A stretch of 64,000 bases of DNA, from sequence record ON000910.1. One strand, given 5' to 3'. Below the pieces are notes generated by a model. The model saw only the letters and a list, made by a program, of their open reading frames with translations, made no database searches and was not told the DNA's origin. Below, piece after piece: positions 1 to 9,996 of the stretch (its first letter is position 1; every line of letters begins with the position of its first letter). The position numbers and the translations under genes are program-made.

Positions 1-156
1 GTTTCGTAATGCATACGCGATGCGTTTTACATTACGTGAAATCTCAGCAATCACTAATTGCTTGTTACCGAGATTCACTTTTGTATAAGCAAACGGTACG
101 TGAAACCATTGATAGCTCATTTCATTTCCCGATGCATTAAAGAACGTAGTTTTCAT

Positions 157-516
157 CTATACCTCTGATAGCGTCTGTGCGTCGATTTGAGACATTTTAA
201 GATTAACGGGACCGCATACAAAGCCTTTGTCTATTCCGCCCCATATACCCACGCTACGCTCGTTAGAATCACACATGCAGAACATATATGCTTTACCTTC
301 GATTAATTTCGGAGGCGGCTTGCGAATTGTACCGAATACGCCATGAACTTCTTCGACTGTATGATAGGCAAAATCGAAATTAGGAACCATCTGTACGATT
401 CTAGATTCTCGAAATCCCCAATTGGGTTCAGTCTCAGTGACTTTATAATACGCGCCGATTTGATATTCGTTACCAGAAGCGTCTTTGATTATTTCTTCGG
501 GTTGATAATTTGACAT
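157..516 (-). CDS. hypothetical protein (119 aa)
   Basis: ORF tiles with neighbours on minus strand. Confidence 0.75.
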   Translation of the reverse strand: MSNYQPEEIIKDASGNEYQIGAYYKVTETEPNWGFRESRIVQMVPNFDFAYHTVEEVHGVFGTIRKPPPKLIEGKAYMFCMCDSNERSVGIWGGIDKGFVCGPVNLKMSQIDAQTLSEV

Positions 517-518
517 GA

Positions 519-893
519 TTAATCTTCACAATTTTCAAGTTCAATTCGAAGCTCGTTTGTTAGAACGACATCTTCCCAATTTGTTTCAGGACAACATACA
601 AACCATTTACCGTCTTTAAACATGTAGTTGTATTCTTGCTCGGGGATGTTGTCGATGTAAATCGTAAGGTCTTCACCACGATCACGAGCGTAGAAAACGC
701 TATCTTCGATTGTACCACTAAGTGAGCTACATTCACCTTGATCGATAAGTGCATTGATTTCGTTTTCTGTACGGTAGAACTGAAGTAGATTGTCAGCTAC
801 ACCACCACCCCATAAACCACCATCCCAGTGACAGTAGATTGAACGAACTTGACCGTTTTCTTGTGTAATGCTAATGCTTGAATTTGTGCTCAT
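519..893 (-). CDS. conserved phage hypothetical protein (SIYCHWDG motif)
   Basis: Start MSTNSS overlaps upstream stop (TAATG); YCHxDG motif common in phage hypotheticals. Confidence 0.75.
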   Translation of the reverse strand: MSTNSSISITQENGQVRSIYCHWDGGLWGGGVADNLLQFYRTENEINALIDQGECSSLSGTIEDSVFYARDRGEDLTIYIDNIPEQEYNYMFKDGKWFVCCPETNWEDVVLTNELRIELENCED

Positions 894-1210
894 TAAATTG
901 CTTCCCATGTTGTGATTGTTACTTCGCGTGCTGGTTCCCATTCATACTGTTCTAAGCATTCTTGAACTGAGTACCAATAAGGGTCGATTGCGTCTGATAA
1001 GATCCAATAACCGACTAGCTCTGGGTCAATATCTCGCTCTTCGCATGAATCTTGACTTAACCAAGATGTTTTGAATTTAGTATACGTGCCTTGTCGTATC
1101 TCTATGACATACTTCGCTTGTGGCACGCCCTTTCTATCTGCAAGATTGACAGTATCAATATGCGAGTAGTTGTGCTCGACTTGATCAAGCTGCTCTTCAG
1201 TGAATACCAT
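893..1210 (-). CDS. hypothetical acidic protein
   Basis: GAGGT RBS before ATG at 1210 (MVFTEEQ). Confidence 0.7.
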   Translation of the reverse strand: MVFTEEQLDQVEHNYSHIDTVNLADRKGVPQAKYVIEIRQGTYTKFKTSWLSQDSCEERDIDPELVGYWILSDAIDPYWYSVQECLEQYEWEPAREVTITTWEAI

Positions 1211-1284
1211 AAGTACCTCAATAAACCAAGGAGCTGAAACAGTGTCGTCAGACACTCAGCTCCGCAGGAACGCCGATTTTTGTA

Positions 1285-2019
1285 CTATTTTTGTACAAAA
1301 TATTCAATCTTGCCGTCTACTTCTTGTGGGATTGCTTTCTCAACAACGCCACTGAAGTTAAATTGCTCAAGCGAGATTGCCGCTTGCTGATCGTCGCTAG
1401 TACCGAATTCATTCACCGGTTTCACGTCAACCTTGATGATGTCTTCGCCAGCTACCGGCTCATTTTCAGGGATTGTGTAGAAAACACCACCCGTGTGATA
1501 CAGAAGCTTCCACTTACCCCAGCCGTCCTCGGTAAACGTCTGAACACGGAAGATAGCGTCGCGCCTTGGCATCTGAATAGTGTAGCGAGTGTCGCACTCA
1601 GGGCAATGACGTACCGAACGACCTCTGAAGTCTTGCGAACGCACACTAAGCAATCTGTGGTCTTCAGTATGACATAGACATTTATCGTCTGGTGTTTGGT
1701 AGTGGTAGCGCATAATCTCAACTGAAGTCGCAATACCGCAGAAGTATGGCGCGTGAATTGCTTCTTTCGGCACACGCTCGTCAATAACGTAGGCATAAAC
1801 GTAGTTCTGTTGCATATTGTCTCTAAACAACAGCACTTCGATTTGCCCGTCAGGCAAGTAATCGTTAGCTACTAGATGTTTAAGATTCTCTGCCCATAAG
1901 TTGACAAAGTAATAACCTTGTGAGTTGCTACAGTAATTTCCGTGTGCGAACGGGAATGAACCTGATACACCACAAAGAGACGACATCCCGATTCTTGCGT
2001 CGATTTTAGTTTTTTTCAT
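1285..2019 (-). CDS. hypothetical protein with Zn-ribbon-like Cys pairs
   Basis: 244-aa ORF; CLCH and CPEC motifs. Confidence 0.7.
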   Translation of the reverse strand: MKKTKIDARIGMSSLCGVSGSFPFAHGNYCSNSQGYYFVNLWAENLKHLVANDYLPDGQIEVLLFRDNMQQNYVYAYVIDERVPKEAIHAPYFCGIATSVEIMRYHYQTPDDKCLCHTEDHRLLSVRSQDFRGRSVRHCPECDTRYTIQMPRRDAIFRVQTFTEDGWGKWKLLYHTGGVFYTIPENEPVAGEDIIKVDVKPVNEFGTSDDQQAAISLEQFNFSGVVEKAIPQEVDGKIEYFVQK

Positions 2020-2023
2020 TTGA

Positions 2024-2176
2024 TACTATATCCGTCATTAGTGAAACACCGAAGCCGATTACAACCATCGCAGGTGCGATGAGCATCATTGGGCTGTGTG
2101 CGTATAAAGAAGGTGTCATTACACCAACTGCATAGATTGCGACTATTCGAAATAGCGTGAATATTGCTTTAGGCAT
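2024..2176 (-). CDS. small membrane protein (50 aa, not in ORF track)
   Basis: Hand-translated MPKAIFTLFRIVAIYAVGVMTPS...; fills the gap; hydrophobic. Confidence 0.55.
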
Positions 2177-2447
2177 TTTTCTTACTCATTTTTTCATTGA
2201 GGTAAGTAATCAGATGTTTTACTGGCGCCTGCACATCTTTAAAGAATGTTTTTTTGTTATCGAACCACATGTCAAAAATTAGCCATGAACTGACACCAAT
2301 CGCCATCCCAGGTAGCAACCCGATGATTGTCGGTACTGCATGTTCATACATTGACGATGCAATGAATACATTGAACGTGATTATAAACGCATGATAGTAA
2401 GTTAAACATACGTGACGTTTCCATATAATTTCTTTTTGTACTGTCAC
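2169..2447 (-). CDS. hypothetical membrane protein
   Basis: Two hydrophobic segments. Confidence 0.7.
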   Translation of the reverse strand: MTVQKEIIWKRHVCLTYYHAFIITFNVFIASSMYEHAVPTIIGLLPGMAIGVSSWLIFDMWFDNKKTFFKDVQAPVKHLITYLNEKMSKKNA

Positions 2448-2449
2448 TA

Positions 2450-2689
2450 CTATTCTCCAAGCTCAAGTTCTTCGATGATTTCTGAAATTGCCATGCCAGC
2501 CGCAACATCTGCGCCTAGACGAGCAACAGCCATACCTCTGATTTCGCCTTCAGTTAGACCGTCGATGATCTCAACTGCGTCGCGAATCGGTGACGTTGCG
2601 TGATGCACAGTCTGACCAATCGGGTCGTTGATGAAGTCGTCTACTGTGTTAACTGCACTGTCAAATATATCTTCTACAAAACCAAACAT
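2450..2689 (-). CDS. small acidic hypothetical protein
   Basis: 79-aa ORF tiling with neighbours. Confidence 0.7.
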   Translation of the reverse strand: MFGFVEDIFDSAVNTVDDFINDPIGQTVHHATSPIRDAVEIIDGLTEGEIRGMAVARLGADVAAGMAISEIIEELELGE

Positions 2690-2700
2690 GATGTTTTCCT

Positions 2701-2931
2701 TTAAATGTGTGTTAGTGTTGCGTTGTCAGCTAGACGAAACAGCTCAGTTTCATCTAAGCGAGTACCATCGGTGAAAATGTAAATGCTGTCATCGTCATAC
2801 ACGGCAACGAAGTGACCGCGAATCAACCCGACATGAGTCGTAAATACTTCTTCAGTGCGAATATTCTGTACGCGAATCGCCATGCCTAGTTGAACGACTT
2901 GTTCAATATCAAACACAGTTAGTTTCAACAT
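2701..2931 (-). CDS. hypothetical protein
   Basis: Start MLKLTV just after upstream stop. Confidence 0.65.
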   Translation of the reverse strand: MLKLTVFDIEQVVQLGMAIRVQNIRTEEVFTTHVGLIRGHFVAVYDDDSIYIFTDGTRLDETELFRLADNATLTHI

Positions 2932-2932
2932 A

Positions 2933-3295
2933 TTATTTCCCTTGATTGAATAGTTCATTTTTGCTGTCAATGTAAAGTGAGCGGTACTTCGCTGGGCGCT
3001 CAAACTTGTACATGCCAGTTTCCATTAATTCACCGTTGTCAAGAAACGCATATGTTTCTTTTTCAACGTCGATACGACATAAGCTAGTGCGCTCATCGTT
3101 CATAACACGATACACGTTTGAATGGTCGATTGATGCATTCTCAAGAAAACCTTTTTCGAACTCATCAAGAGCAACAACTACCCAACCGTCAGCTTGATTG
3201 AATTCATTATTGAACCAACCTAGTACTTCAGTTGTGATTTCAAGTTCAATGTGAGTCGTGCTTGTTACTGCATTGTCGCGTAGATGAGTTTTCAT
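2933..3295 (-). CDS. early hypothetical protein
   Basis: Start MKTHLR follows GAGAACATTATG leader of the early promoter. Confidence 0.75.
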   Translation of the reverse strand: MKTHLRDNAVTSTTHIELEITTEVLGWFNNEFNQADGWVVVALDEFEKGFLENASIDHSNVYRVMNDERTSLCRIDVEKETYAFLDNGELMETGMYKFERPAKYRSLYIDSKNELFNQGK

Positions 3296-3365
3296 AATGT
3301 TCTCTGTATCTCGTTTCGATGTAGCTATATTAGGGGTATTCGTCATTCAATGCAACCACTTTTTG
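3293..3365 (-). promoter_or_regulatory. early sigma70-type promoter with conserved leader
   Basis: AAAAAGTGG-TTGCAT-17 nt-TAATAT-AGCT-ACATCGAAACGA, then GAGAACATTATG. Confidence 0.8.
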
Positions 3366-3384
3366 AATTATTTTCTTCAAACCG

Positions 3385-3407
3385 AAAAAAAGACGCCGAA
3401 GCGTCTT
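3385..3407 (-). terminator. rho-independent terminator
   Basis: AGACGC-TTCG-GCGTCT followed by U6 on minus strand. Confidence 0.85.
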
Positions 3408-3624
3408 AGAAGTATGATGGTTCATAGAAAACCCACATGTACGGTATGAATATCATCATTGACATGAAGAACAAAAACAGACATACGGCGATTCCGATTT
3501 CTGATTCATCTGACTCAGGTATCCACTCCATTGCTCCCGCTGTGAATAGAATAAGAAATGATTCTAACACAGTGAACAAGATAGGCGACTTGATGATAGT
3601 GAAGTGAATCGCATCTAACATCAC
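3406..3624 (-). CDS. small membrane protein
   Basis: Two hydrophobic segments. Confidence 0.65.
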   Translation of the reverse strand: MMLDAIHFTIIKSPILFTVLESFLILFTAGAMEWIPESDESEIGIAVCLFLFFMSMMIFIPYMWVFYEPSYF

Positions 3625-3890
3625 TCACCTCTTGTTGGTGCGAGATCTGGTAAATGGCTCATTATAGTTTCTTTTGACCATACCATGCCATATGCCTCGA
3701 CATAATCCCACTCAACACCTTTCTTCATAGTGCCGTTTAGAATCGCGCTGTGTTCGATGTCGTCTGCAAGATCAGCCAAGAAGTGTTCTTCATGGAAGAC
3801 CCAACCACAGTTGCAGAAAATATAACCTAAATGTTCTCGCTCGCCGTCTTCATGAACAGCGAAGAAATGTGCAGTACTAGGTGCGCTCAT
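3621..3890 (-). CDS. hypothetical protein
   Basis: GGAGG RBS before MSAPST. Confidence 0.7.
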   Translation of the reverse strand: MSAPSTAHFFAVHEDGEREHLGYIFCNCGWVFHEEHFLADLADDIEHSAILNGTMKKGVEWDYVEAYGMVWSKETIMSHLPDLAPTRGE

Positions 3891-3891
3891 A

Positions 3892-4086
3892 TTAGCCTCC
3901 CATAGGCGTATAGAATAAGGCAACAAACGTCATGATGCCGTGAATAAATGATGAAAAGAATAACACAACGCAATTTCTAAACGTAATTGCGTGCATTATC
4001 ACGAGTGTTAGAGCAACAATGAAACACATTGTGATGATTTCATTGTCGTTCATTAGATGGAAGATTAAATCTGGTACTTGGTTCAT
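3892..4086 (-). CDS. small membrane protein
   Basis: Hydrophobic; GGAG RBS. Confidence 0.65.
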   Translation of the reverse strand: MNQVPDLIFHLMNDNEIITMCFIVALTLVIMHAITFRNCVVLFFSSFIHGIMTFVALFYTPMGG

Positions 4087-4125
4087 GTGATACTCCTTTT
4101 TTAAGAGTATACACGAATCAAAACA

Positions 4126-4629
4126 CTACATCAAGTATCTTCTTTCAAGTTTTTCACGTACTACATCAAAAACATTCATCATCGTTTCGAGGTGATAACG
4201 ATCACGGGTCATAAAGCGACCTTCACTATAGCGACTTTTCACAAGAGCAGCTTCGATATTTTCGATATCTTCATCACAATACTCAACCCACCATAGTGCT
4301 TTGACTTTGTATTCGTCATCTACAAGATGGTGTGGGTAGTACAAATATAACTTCGATACATCACCGTCGTAAAGCCGATCAGCTTCTTCTTGACGTAATC
4401 GTTCCATGATTTGATGGCGTTCACGATCAATGATAGCGTTTCTTAACGTCTGAGCAACCGCCATTGTATGACACTGAGCTAACCGATAACGCTGTTCTTC
4501 GGTTAGCATCTTGCAATCACGCCAATAAGGTTCGACTTTCTCAAATACGAAATGCAAATTCGTCATTTGCTCGTCAGTACAGTGCTCGAAGTTCTCACGT
4601 AAGTCGAACTTTCGATATGTCATGCCCAC
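4126..4629 (-). CDS. hypothetical protein
   Basis: 167-aa ORF. Confidence 0.7.
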   Translation of the reverse strand: MGMTYRKFDLRENFEHCTDEQMTNLHFVFEKVEPYWRDCKMLTEEQRYRLAQCHTMAVAQTLRNAIIDRERHQIMERLRQEEADRLYDGDVSKLYLYYPHHLVDDEYKVKALWWVEYCDEDIENIEAALVKSRYSEGRFMTRDRYHLETMMNVFDVVREKLERRYLM

Positions 4630-4916
4630 GCCCCTCGAATCTTGTAAATGGTACCCGTGTTCGGGATTTCTGCATAATGGTCAACGTCGTACAAGTATAG
4701 TGCAGTTGCACCTTCTTGAATCGCGCCGTCCGCTAGTTCTTCAAGTACTTTCTCAAGCCACAAATTCGGTTTGCTCAAGAAGCTTCGCATTTCCAATACT
4801 TGCTTTTCGACATCTTCTTGAACAGTGCCATTTAGTGGAGCTTTAGTTTGCGCATCGATCATGATGCACGGTGAGCCAACTAGATAAACTGGTAACCCTT
4901 TAACAACCATCGCCAA
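4620..4916 (-). CDS. hypothetical protein (start uncertain)
   Basis: ORF tiles between neighbours. Confidence 0.55.
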   Translation of the reverse strand: MAMVVKGLPVYLVGSPCIMIDAQTKAPLNGTVQEDVEKQVLEMRSFLSKPNLWLEKVLEELADGAIQEGATALYLYDVDHYAEIPNTGTIYKIRGAWA

Positions 4917-5313
4917 TCCAACCTTTTGTTTTTAGTTGCTCGTAACCGTTTAGCATGACTTGACAATCAACGCTGTTACGGTCGAGATCGTGAATGAATG
5001 CAAGCTGCAATGCTTTGTCTAATGCTTGCGGTAGTGCGTTATCAAAGACAACTGCTACAACGTCAGTATCTGGAAAACGCTTCGTGAATTCACCTGTTGT
5101 CTTGAAAACGGCGTTTACAGCGTCTTTCACTTCGTCCCATGTGCTATCGTCGATAACACCAAGGCAATTATCTGCATCAACCAAGAACGTGGTATTTGCT
5201 TTGTAGTACTTGCCGTTGAATTTGATTTCACCTTCTTGTGGGATATATTCAAGCCCGTTGTGAAATTCTTCAACTTCTTTGCCGTTGTAACCGTTGAATA
5301 TGATTTGTCTCAT
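4900..5313 (-). CDS. hypothetical protein
   Basis: ATGA overlap with pnuC stop. Confidence 0.7.
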   Translation of the reverse strand: MRQIIFNGYNGKEVEEFHNGLEYIPQEGEIKFNGKYYKANTTFLVDADNCLGVIDDSTWDEVKDAVNAVFKTTGEFTKRFPDTDVVAVVFDNALPQALDKALQLAFIHDLDRNSVDCQVMLNGYEQLKTKGWIGDGC

Positions 5314-5984
5314 GAATTCACCTCAATGTATTCGTTTTTCATGCCTTCTTTATGCCAGATTGCGATAGCATACGCAGCGTTTGCCAAGAAAATACAGTAC
5401 TCGGCAGCAACTACAATAACGCCTTGTGTGCTGTAGTTCACAATGCACACTACGTTGACTGCAACCCAGTACCACCATGCTTCGACTTTACGCTGAATCA
5501 TAAGCATGAATGCCATGATACTTGCTACGGTCGTGAATGCATCTTGTACAGCGAGTTCAGCAGGTACGTGTACGTAATCACTAACAAGTAGTGAACCGCT
5601 AAAGTGCATAATCGGGTCGATGAAGTAAGCTAGTGCAGCAGTACCGACTAATGTCGCGACAATCGAAGCAACGAACTTGCGCATTTTTAAATATCTGATC
5701 TTGACTTCGCTCTCACCTTGCTTATTCCACTGATAGAAGCCGAAAATCGACATCGCAATGAAGAATCCTTGTAAGAGCACGTCGCTATACAACTGAATCT
5801 GGAAGAACAGAATTGCAAACCCGATGCAGTTGACAATACCGACTGTGAAGTTGTGCTTCATGTTCATTCTCGCCATGATAACACAGATTAAACCTGTAAG
5901 TGTCGCCCACAGCTCTAAACCAGACACTGCATAATCACCGATAGAAAACACAGTGTGGTTAATGTTAAACAATAAATCAAACAT
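5310..5984 (-). CDS. pnuC: nicotinamide riboside transporter PnuC
   Basis: Multi-TM protein; LELWATLTGLICV, LYSDVLLQGFF, RKVEAWWYW motifs typical of PnuC; near nadR. Confidence 0.9.
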   Translation of the reverse strand: MFDLLFNINHTVFSIGDYAVSGLELWATLTGLICVIMARMNMKHNFTVGIVNCIGFAILFFQIQLYSDVLLQGFFIAMSIFGFYQWNKQGESEVKIRYLKMRKFVASIVATLVGTAALAYFIDPIMHFSGSLLVSDYVHVPAELAVQDAFTTVASIMAFMLMIQRKVEAWWYWVAVNVVCIVNYSTQGVIVVAAEYCIFLANAAYAIAIWHKEGMKNEYIEVNS

Positions 5985-6008
5985 AATATATTTCTCTCAA
6001 AGTAGTTG

Positions 6009-6275
6009 TTAGCGACGTAGGCGATTTATTTTGCTGAAGATATCTTGCCCAAACACGAGCTGCATTATTTCTTCATACGCCCATTGCGTGTCTATTTCTC
6101 GATCTTTTAATTCATCTTCGAGGTAAGATTGAGCTAGGCTAGTAAGTCGTGCTTCTACATCTTGAACTGGTGTATTGCCAAGAACTACTTGAATACTATC
6201 ACGTAGTTCTCGTTCAGCTTCGCGACGTTGCAGTTCTTCACGCAGTTCGTTCTCGCTGTAATCTGTTAAACTCAT
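6009..6275 (-). CDS. hypothetical protein
   Basis: 88-aa ORF, helical/coiled. Confidence 0.7.
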   Translation of the reverse strand: MSLTDYSENELREELQRREAERELRDSIQVVLGNTPVQDVEARLTSLAQSYLEDELKDREIDTQWAYEEIMQLVFGQDIFSKINRLRR

Positions 6276-6616
6276 TTTTTAATCAACCCTGTAATAAATC
6301 GGACGATGAATGGAATGGCAATGATAAACCATACGATGACGCTTTGCTCTAACAGCCACAAGCTGACAAACATTAATACAAAAGCAACGATCAAGTCAAA
6401 CATTAAATACGCGACGACGTGATCATCATTGTGCATAAACCCATTTGTTGCCCATTCATATTTGAATTCTTGGTACGCTCTAGCCCATTCTACGAACGGA
6501 ATTTCACTGCGAAACATGTAGTTTATCAATGTCCCGCCCACAGAAAGTACAATAGGGATGGACAGATTGATCAACCACATCATGACCAGTATTGAAGAGA
6601 TCGTTTTTATTAACAT
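6272..6616 (-). CDS. membrane protein (paralog of next gene)
   Basis: Hydrophobic; MFD-containing TM layout resembles 6610-6945. Confidence 0.7.
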   Translation of the reverse strand: MLIKTISSILVMMWLINLSIPIVLSVGGTLINYMFRSEIPFVEWARAYQEFKYEWATNGFMHNDDHVVAYLMFDLIVAFVLMFVSLWLLEQSVIVWFIIAIPFIVRFITGLIKK

Positions 6617-6945
6617 TTTTTCACCTTAATAACGATGATTCGAATCAGAATCAGAATGAATATGATAGCTGCGATTACAGGAAACGCAACGCTCAGTAAC
6701 CATAACAAGCCCAATATAACAACGTCAAACACCATGAATGTAAACGCCCAGAACGCCATATCGTCTTTATCTTTAGTAATTTCATGCATCATTTGATTGG
6801 TGAATATGTGACGATATTTGAAAAGTTGTAGCTTATCGAGATATCGATTCCACTCGATGTCCATCATAAACACACACTTCATGATTATTGTAGCTAACAA
6901 CGTAGCTACAACAATACCGATATTACAAATCCATATTAATCCCAT
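6610..6945 (-). CDS. membrane protein
   Basis: Three hydrophobic segments. Confidence 0.7.
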   Translation of the reverse strand: MGLIWICNIGIVVATLLATIIMKCVFMMDIEWNRYLDKLQLFKYRHIFTNQMMHEITKDKDDMAFWAFTFMVFDVVILGLLWLLSVAFPVIAAIIFILILIRIIVIKVKKC

Positions 6946-7916
6946 TTTACTTTATCTCTCAGTAGTGAAACATGACTTGCTGTTTCGTGTAAACGTTCTT
7001 CCCAATTGTTACCTTTCTGAACAATCATGAATGGCTTATTCAAACGACGAAGCATGGCATGCGCAAGTTCAAACCAACGTTCGCGATCTTCTTGTGACTG
7101 TGTACGAGTCCCGTCTTGAACAAATTCACAGTTCGGTCGAAACAGTACGTATGCATCAATACTTTCAAATGCAGCTAAGGCATTAAGAAGAAACGATGAT
7201 TGATTGAACTGAAACTGACTGTAAACAGCCGACGTGATTGCAGAAGAATCAACGATTACAGTGTCACTTTCTTTACCAGTTGCTTCAATTCGTGCAGTCT
7301 GAGCAATTGCGAACTCTAGAACGTCATGTTCAGTGTAATGATTGTCGCTCATGATGTCGCGTGCTGCTTCAAGTACAAGCTCGTAACCATTTGCTGCCGC
7401 GATTGATGCTGCGTTCCATGACTTACCACAAGACTCGGGACCGATGAATGCAATTCTCTTTACGCGATCTTGCTGTGCGCTCGGGCTGTAAAACTCGTGT
7501 GAATTGTTCTCACGAACCGATGTACTCGAACAAGGCGTGATCTCTCGTGCTTCATCGTAAATAATTCCATCAAAGTTACCGTACTCAGCACAGTAATTGA
7601 TGTATTGCTCAGAACCAACGAATGCATCAATCTCTGGGAAATGCTCGTCGATGTACTCAGCCCATTGCTTTGATACTTCGCGATCTGATTCAGATTTATT
7701 AGATAGACCTTCATCACTCGGGCAAATTACTTTGATACAAATTCGATTACCGAAGTCTTGATGCATCCATTTCATGCGTGTTTCAACTGGAATCGGGTCA
7801 GTGTTTTCAGTGCAAAGCAAAACAGTTACTTTGTCTGCAAGCGATAGCGCGAACTTAATCAGCTTGAAATGACCTTGATGATAGTTATTAAACTTTCCAA
7901 TTACACCTGCGTGCAT
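6936..7916 (-). CDS. nadR: NadR-like NMN adenylyltransferase / ribosylnicotinamide kinase
   Basis: N-terminal GKF...HQGH nucleotidyltransferase motif; C-terminal P-loop GPESCGKS; DGTR motif. Confidence 0.92.
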   Translation of the reverse strand: MHAGVIGKFNNYHQGHFKLIKFALSLADKVTVLLCTENTDPIPVETRMKWMHQDFGNRICIKVICPSDEGLSNKSESDREVSKQWAEYIDEHFPEIDAFVGSEQYINYCAEYGNFDGIIYDEAREITPCSSTSVRENNSHEFYSPSAQQDRVKRIAFIGPESCGKSWNAASIAAANGYELVLEAARDIMSDNHYTEHDVLEFAIAQTARIEATGKESDTVIVDSSAITSAVYSQFQFNQSSFLLNALAAFESIDAYVLFRPNCEFVQDGTRTQSQEDRERWFELAHAMLRRLNKPFMIVQKGNNWEERLHETASHVSLLRDKVKWD

Positions 7917-8092
7917 GATGCCTCCAGTTCTTTAATTTTATCTAATACTTGTGGGTTGACGCGAGCCATTACATCTGCTAGATGTTTCACTCTGCGAATG
8001 TCGCTCGGGTTTGTGCGTAACAATTTCAATGCACTTTCTAACAAGTCGATGTCGGCTGGCAAGCCTTTGCGTTCGTTATCGTTCATTTGCAT
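7901..8092 (-). CDS. hypothetical protein
   Basis: 63-aa ORF tiling. Confidence 0.6.
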   Translation of the reverse strand: MQMNDNERKGLPADIDLLESALKLLRTNPSDIRRVKHLADVMARVNPQVLDKIKELEASCTQV

Positions 8093-8307
8093 ACTCTCTT
8101 GTTTGCTTCATCAACGGTTTTGCTAGAATGACCTACAACGAAATCATTTGCGTAAACTTTTTCACCGCGCTTAACTTTACCGTTGAACGATACACCTCGT
8201 TGAACTTTACCGTTTTTGCCAACGCGATATTCAGTTTCGTCATTGAAACGCAAGAAAACTAACAAGCCTTTTTCGTGCTTCGTCGCGTTTTCGTATACTA
8301 CTTTCAT
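8083..8307 (-). CDS. small basic protein with internal NGKV repeat
   Basis: GAGGA RBS; NGKVQRG/NGKVKRG. Confidence 0.65.
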   Translation of the reverse strand: MKVVYENATKHEKGLLVFLRFNDETEYRVGKNGKVQRGVSFNGKVKRGEKVYANDFVVGHSSKTVDEANKRVCK

Positions 8308-8532
8308 AATTCTCTTCCTCTAATTCTTCCCTGACTTTATCGACTGCTTTGCTAAACTCGTCGAATCCCATTGGTGATAAGTCTTTTAGGGATAGCGTGA
8401 AATGCATACCATCCCTTTTATATTAGAAGCTGCGCGAGACCGCAACTAATAGATTGTAAGTGAACATCACGATTGAACGTGAAGCGCGCCAAATTTGTAC
8501 TCGTGTTTTAAAGCTCATATCTCTTCCCTCGA

Positions 8533-9021
8533 TTACTTGTTATCATATTTGTCAAAGCATGGCATCCATGAGTAACATACAGAAGACCTTACCGTATAAC
8601 CGTTACGACCTTTGCGTGTTTCAACACGATCTTCGTATACGCGACGCTCTAGAAAGATTTTGTCGCCGACGTATATCATATCATCACTTGGGTAATCTGT
8701 CACGCGAATTCTACCAAGATTGTATTTGTCAGTTCTAACTAAACAATCTATTGAATGCTTTCGACTATCACATGATGATACTGACACGACTTTACCGTAA
8801 TCTGTAGTCAGCGTTCTTAGAACTGTGTCAGACTTCGATAACGAAGAGTAAGTCAGACACGCGATAAATGCAATCCCGATTACGCACGCTGCAATTAATA
8901 AATTCAAAACCCATTTCAAATCGTTGTCGATGCTTGTTTTTTTCATAATGATTCTCTCTTCAGTTGATGAGTTCATTATACGCATCTGATTCGACAATGC
9001 AACCACTTTTACATATTCCAC
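8533..9021 (-). CDS. membrane-anchored hypothetical protein
   Basis: One TM segment, Cys pair; true start may be ~8944. Confidence 0.7.
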   Translation of the reverse strand: MEYVKVVALSNQMRIMNSSTEERIIMKKTSIDNDLKWVLNLLIAACVIGIAFIACLTYSSLSKSDTVLRTLTTDYGKVVSVSSCDSRKHSIDCLVRTDKYNLGRIRVTDYPSDDMIYVGDKIFLERRVYEDRVETRKGRNGYTVRSSVCYSWMPCFDKYDNK

Positions 9022-9233
9022 ACGCCAATATCTTCAGGCATCAATCCGTTCTCGACTGCTTTGTGATAATAGTTCTCGTGCTTGACAATACCACGCTGTA
9101 GATAATGACGATTCGCTTTGATGAACTGGTCGGCAGCTTCAATCGAATCTTCGTGTGGGTGCTTGAGTTCAAACGGCGCGCCGTTGTCAATAAGCAAGTT
9201 ACATAGTTCGATCTGCTTGTCTGTTGCTTTCAT
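9009..9233 (-). CDS. hypothetical protein
   Basis: 74-aa ORF. Confidence 0.65.
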   Translation of the reverse strand: MKATDKQIELCNLLIDNGAPFELKHPHEDSIEAADQFIKANRHYLQRGIVKHENYYHKAVENGLMPEDIGVWNM

Positions 9234-9552
9234 GATTAATTTTCTCGTAGTTGCGATATATGTGACGCTTTTTCATTTTCCACTGATATTGCTGGTCGTC
9301 GTTATACGCCTTATTGTCTATCATTTTGTAAATGTAACGAACATCTTCGCCGTCTTTGCTGATTTCAGTGATTTCGATTTGCGTCACTTCGTCGGGGTCG
9401 CTTGCGAATTCTGATACCTTGACAGTTTGATAAACATCACCGACTTTAATATCAGGTTTGAGTATCGAATATCCCGTCATGTGGATCATGAAGAAAATAA
9501 GAATGCCAATCCATGTAGTTACAATTAAACCTACGAATCTCGGGGCGGTCAT
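9199..9552 (-). CDS. TM-anchored protein, (I/V)GxxY family member 1
   Basis: TM then IKVGDVY...VRYIY. Confidence 0.7.
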   Translation of the reverse strand: MTAPRFVGLIVTTWIGILIFFMIHMTGYSILKPDIKVGDVYQTVKVSEFASDPDEVTQIEITEISKDGEDVRYIYKMIDNKAYNDDQQYQWKMKKRHIYRNYEKINHESNRQADRTM

Positions 9553-9986
9553 TTTGTTTTCTCCGTTGTAGTATTGATGTCAACGCTGTCTTCATGGACA
9601 TAAGAATACTTTAGAACCGTAAACGACATTTCTTTCTCGGGTAGCGCATCCAATCCAATGTACTTGTAACGTATTCTCTCAGCATTGTAATTCACGTCAG
9701 TTACAACAATGCCAAAATCAACACTCTGACTTCGCTCCCATCCCACATTGTTTAGAAGATAATAACGGTCACCGATTTCAATCTTATTCGACAGTAACCC
9801 GAAGCAAGCTGACAATGCGATACCTGCTATAGACACGAAGACCCAAATCATAATGATTTTGAGTATTTTCTTATCTTCTTTTTCTTCAGTTACTTTACAG
9901 CGTGTCTTACGAATCGGTGGCTTTTCTGGCACTTTAAAATCAGAACGCTCGTATAATTCATCTTGTTGAAACTGTGCTATTGTCAT
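9549..9986 (-). CDS. TM-anchored protein, (I/V)GxxY family member 2
   Basis: TM then IEIGDRYY...IRYKY. Confidence 0.7.
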   Translation of the reverse strand: MTIAQFQQDELYERSDFKVPEKPPIRKTRCKVTEEKEDKKILKIIMIWVFVSIAGIALSACFGLLSNKIEIGDRYYLLNNVGWERSQSVDFGIVVTDVNYNAERIRYKYIGLDALPEKEMSFTVLKYSYVHEDSVDINTTTEKTK

Positions 9987-9996
9987 GATACTTTCC

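Noticed and set aside
8308-8520. Two possible mini-ORFs (31 aa MSFKTRV...; 55 aa MHFTLSL...)
   Set aside because: Below what I can support; the second overlaps the RBS-backed 8083-8307 gene out of frame.
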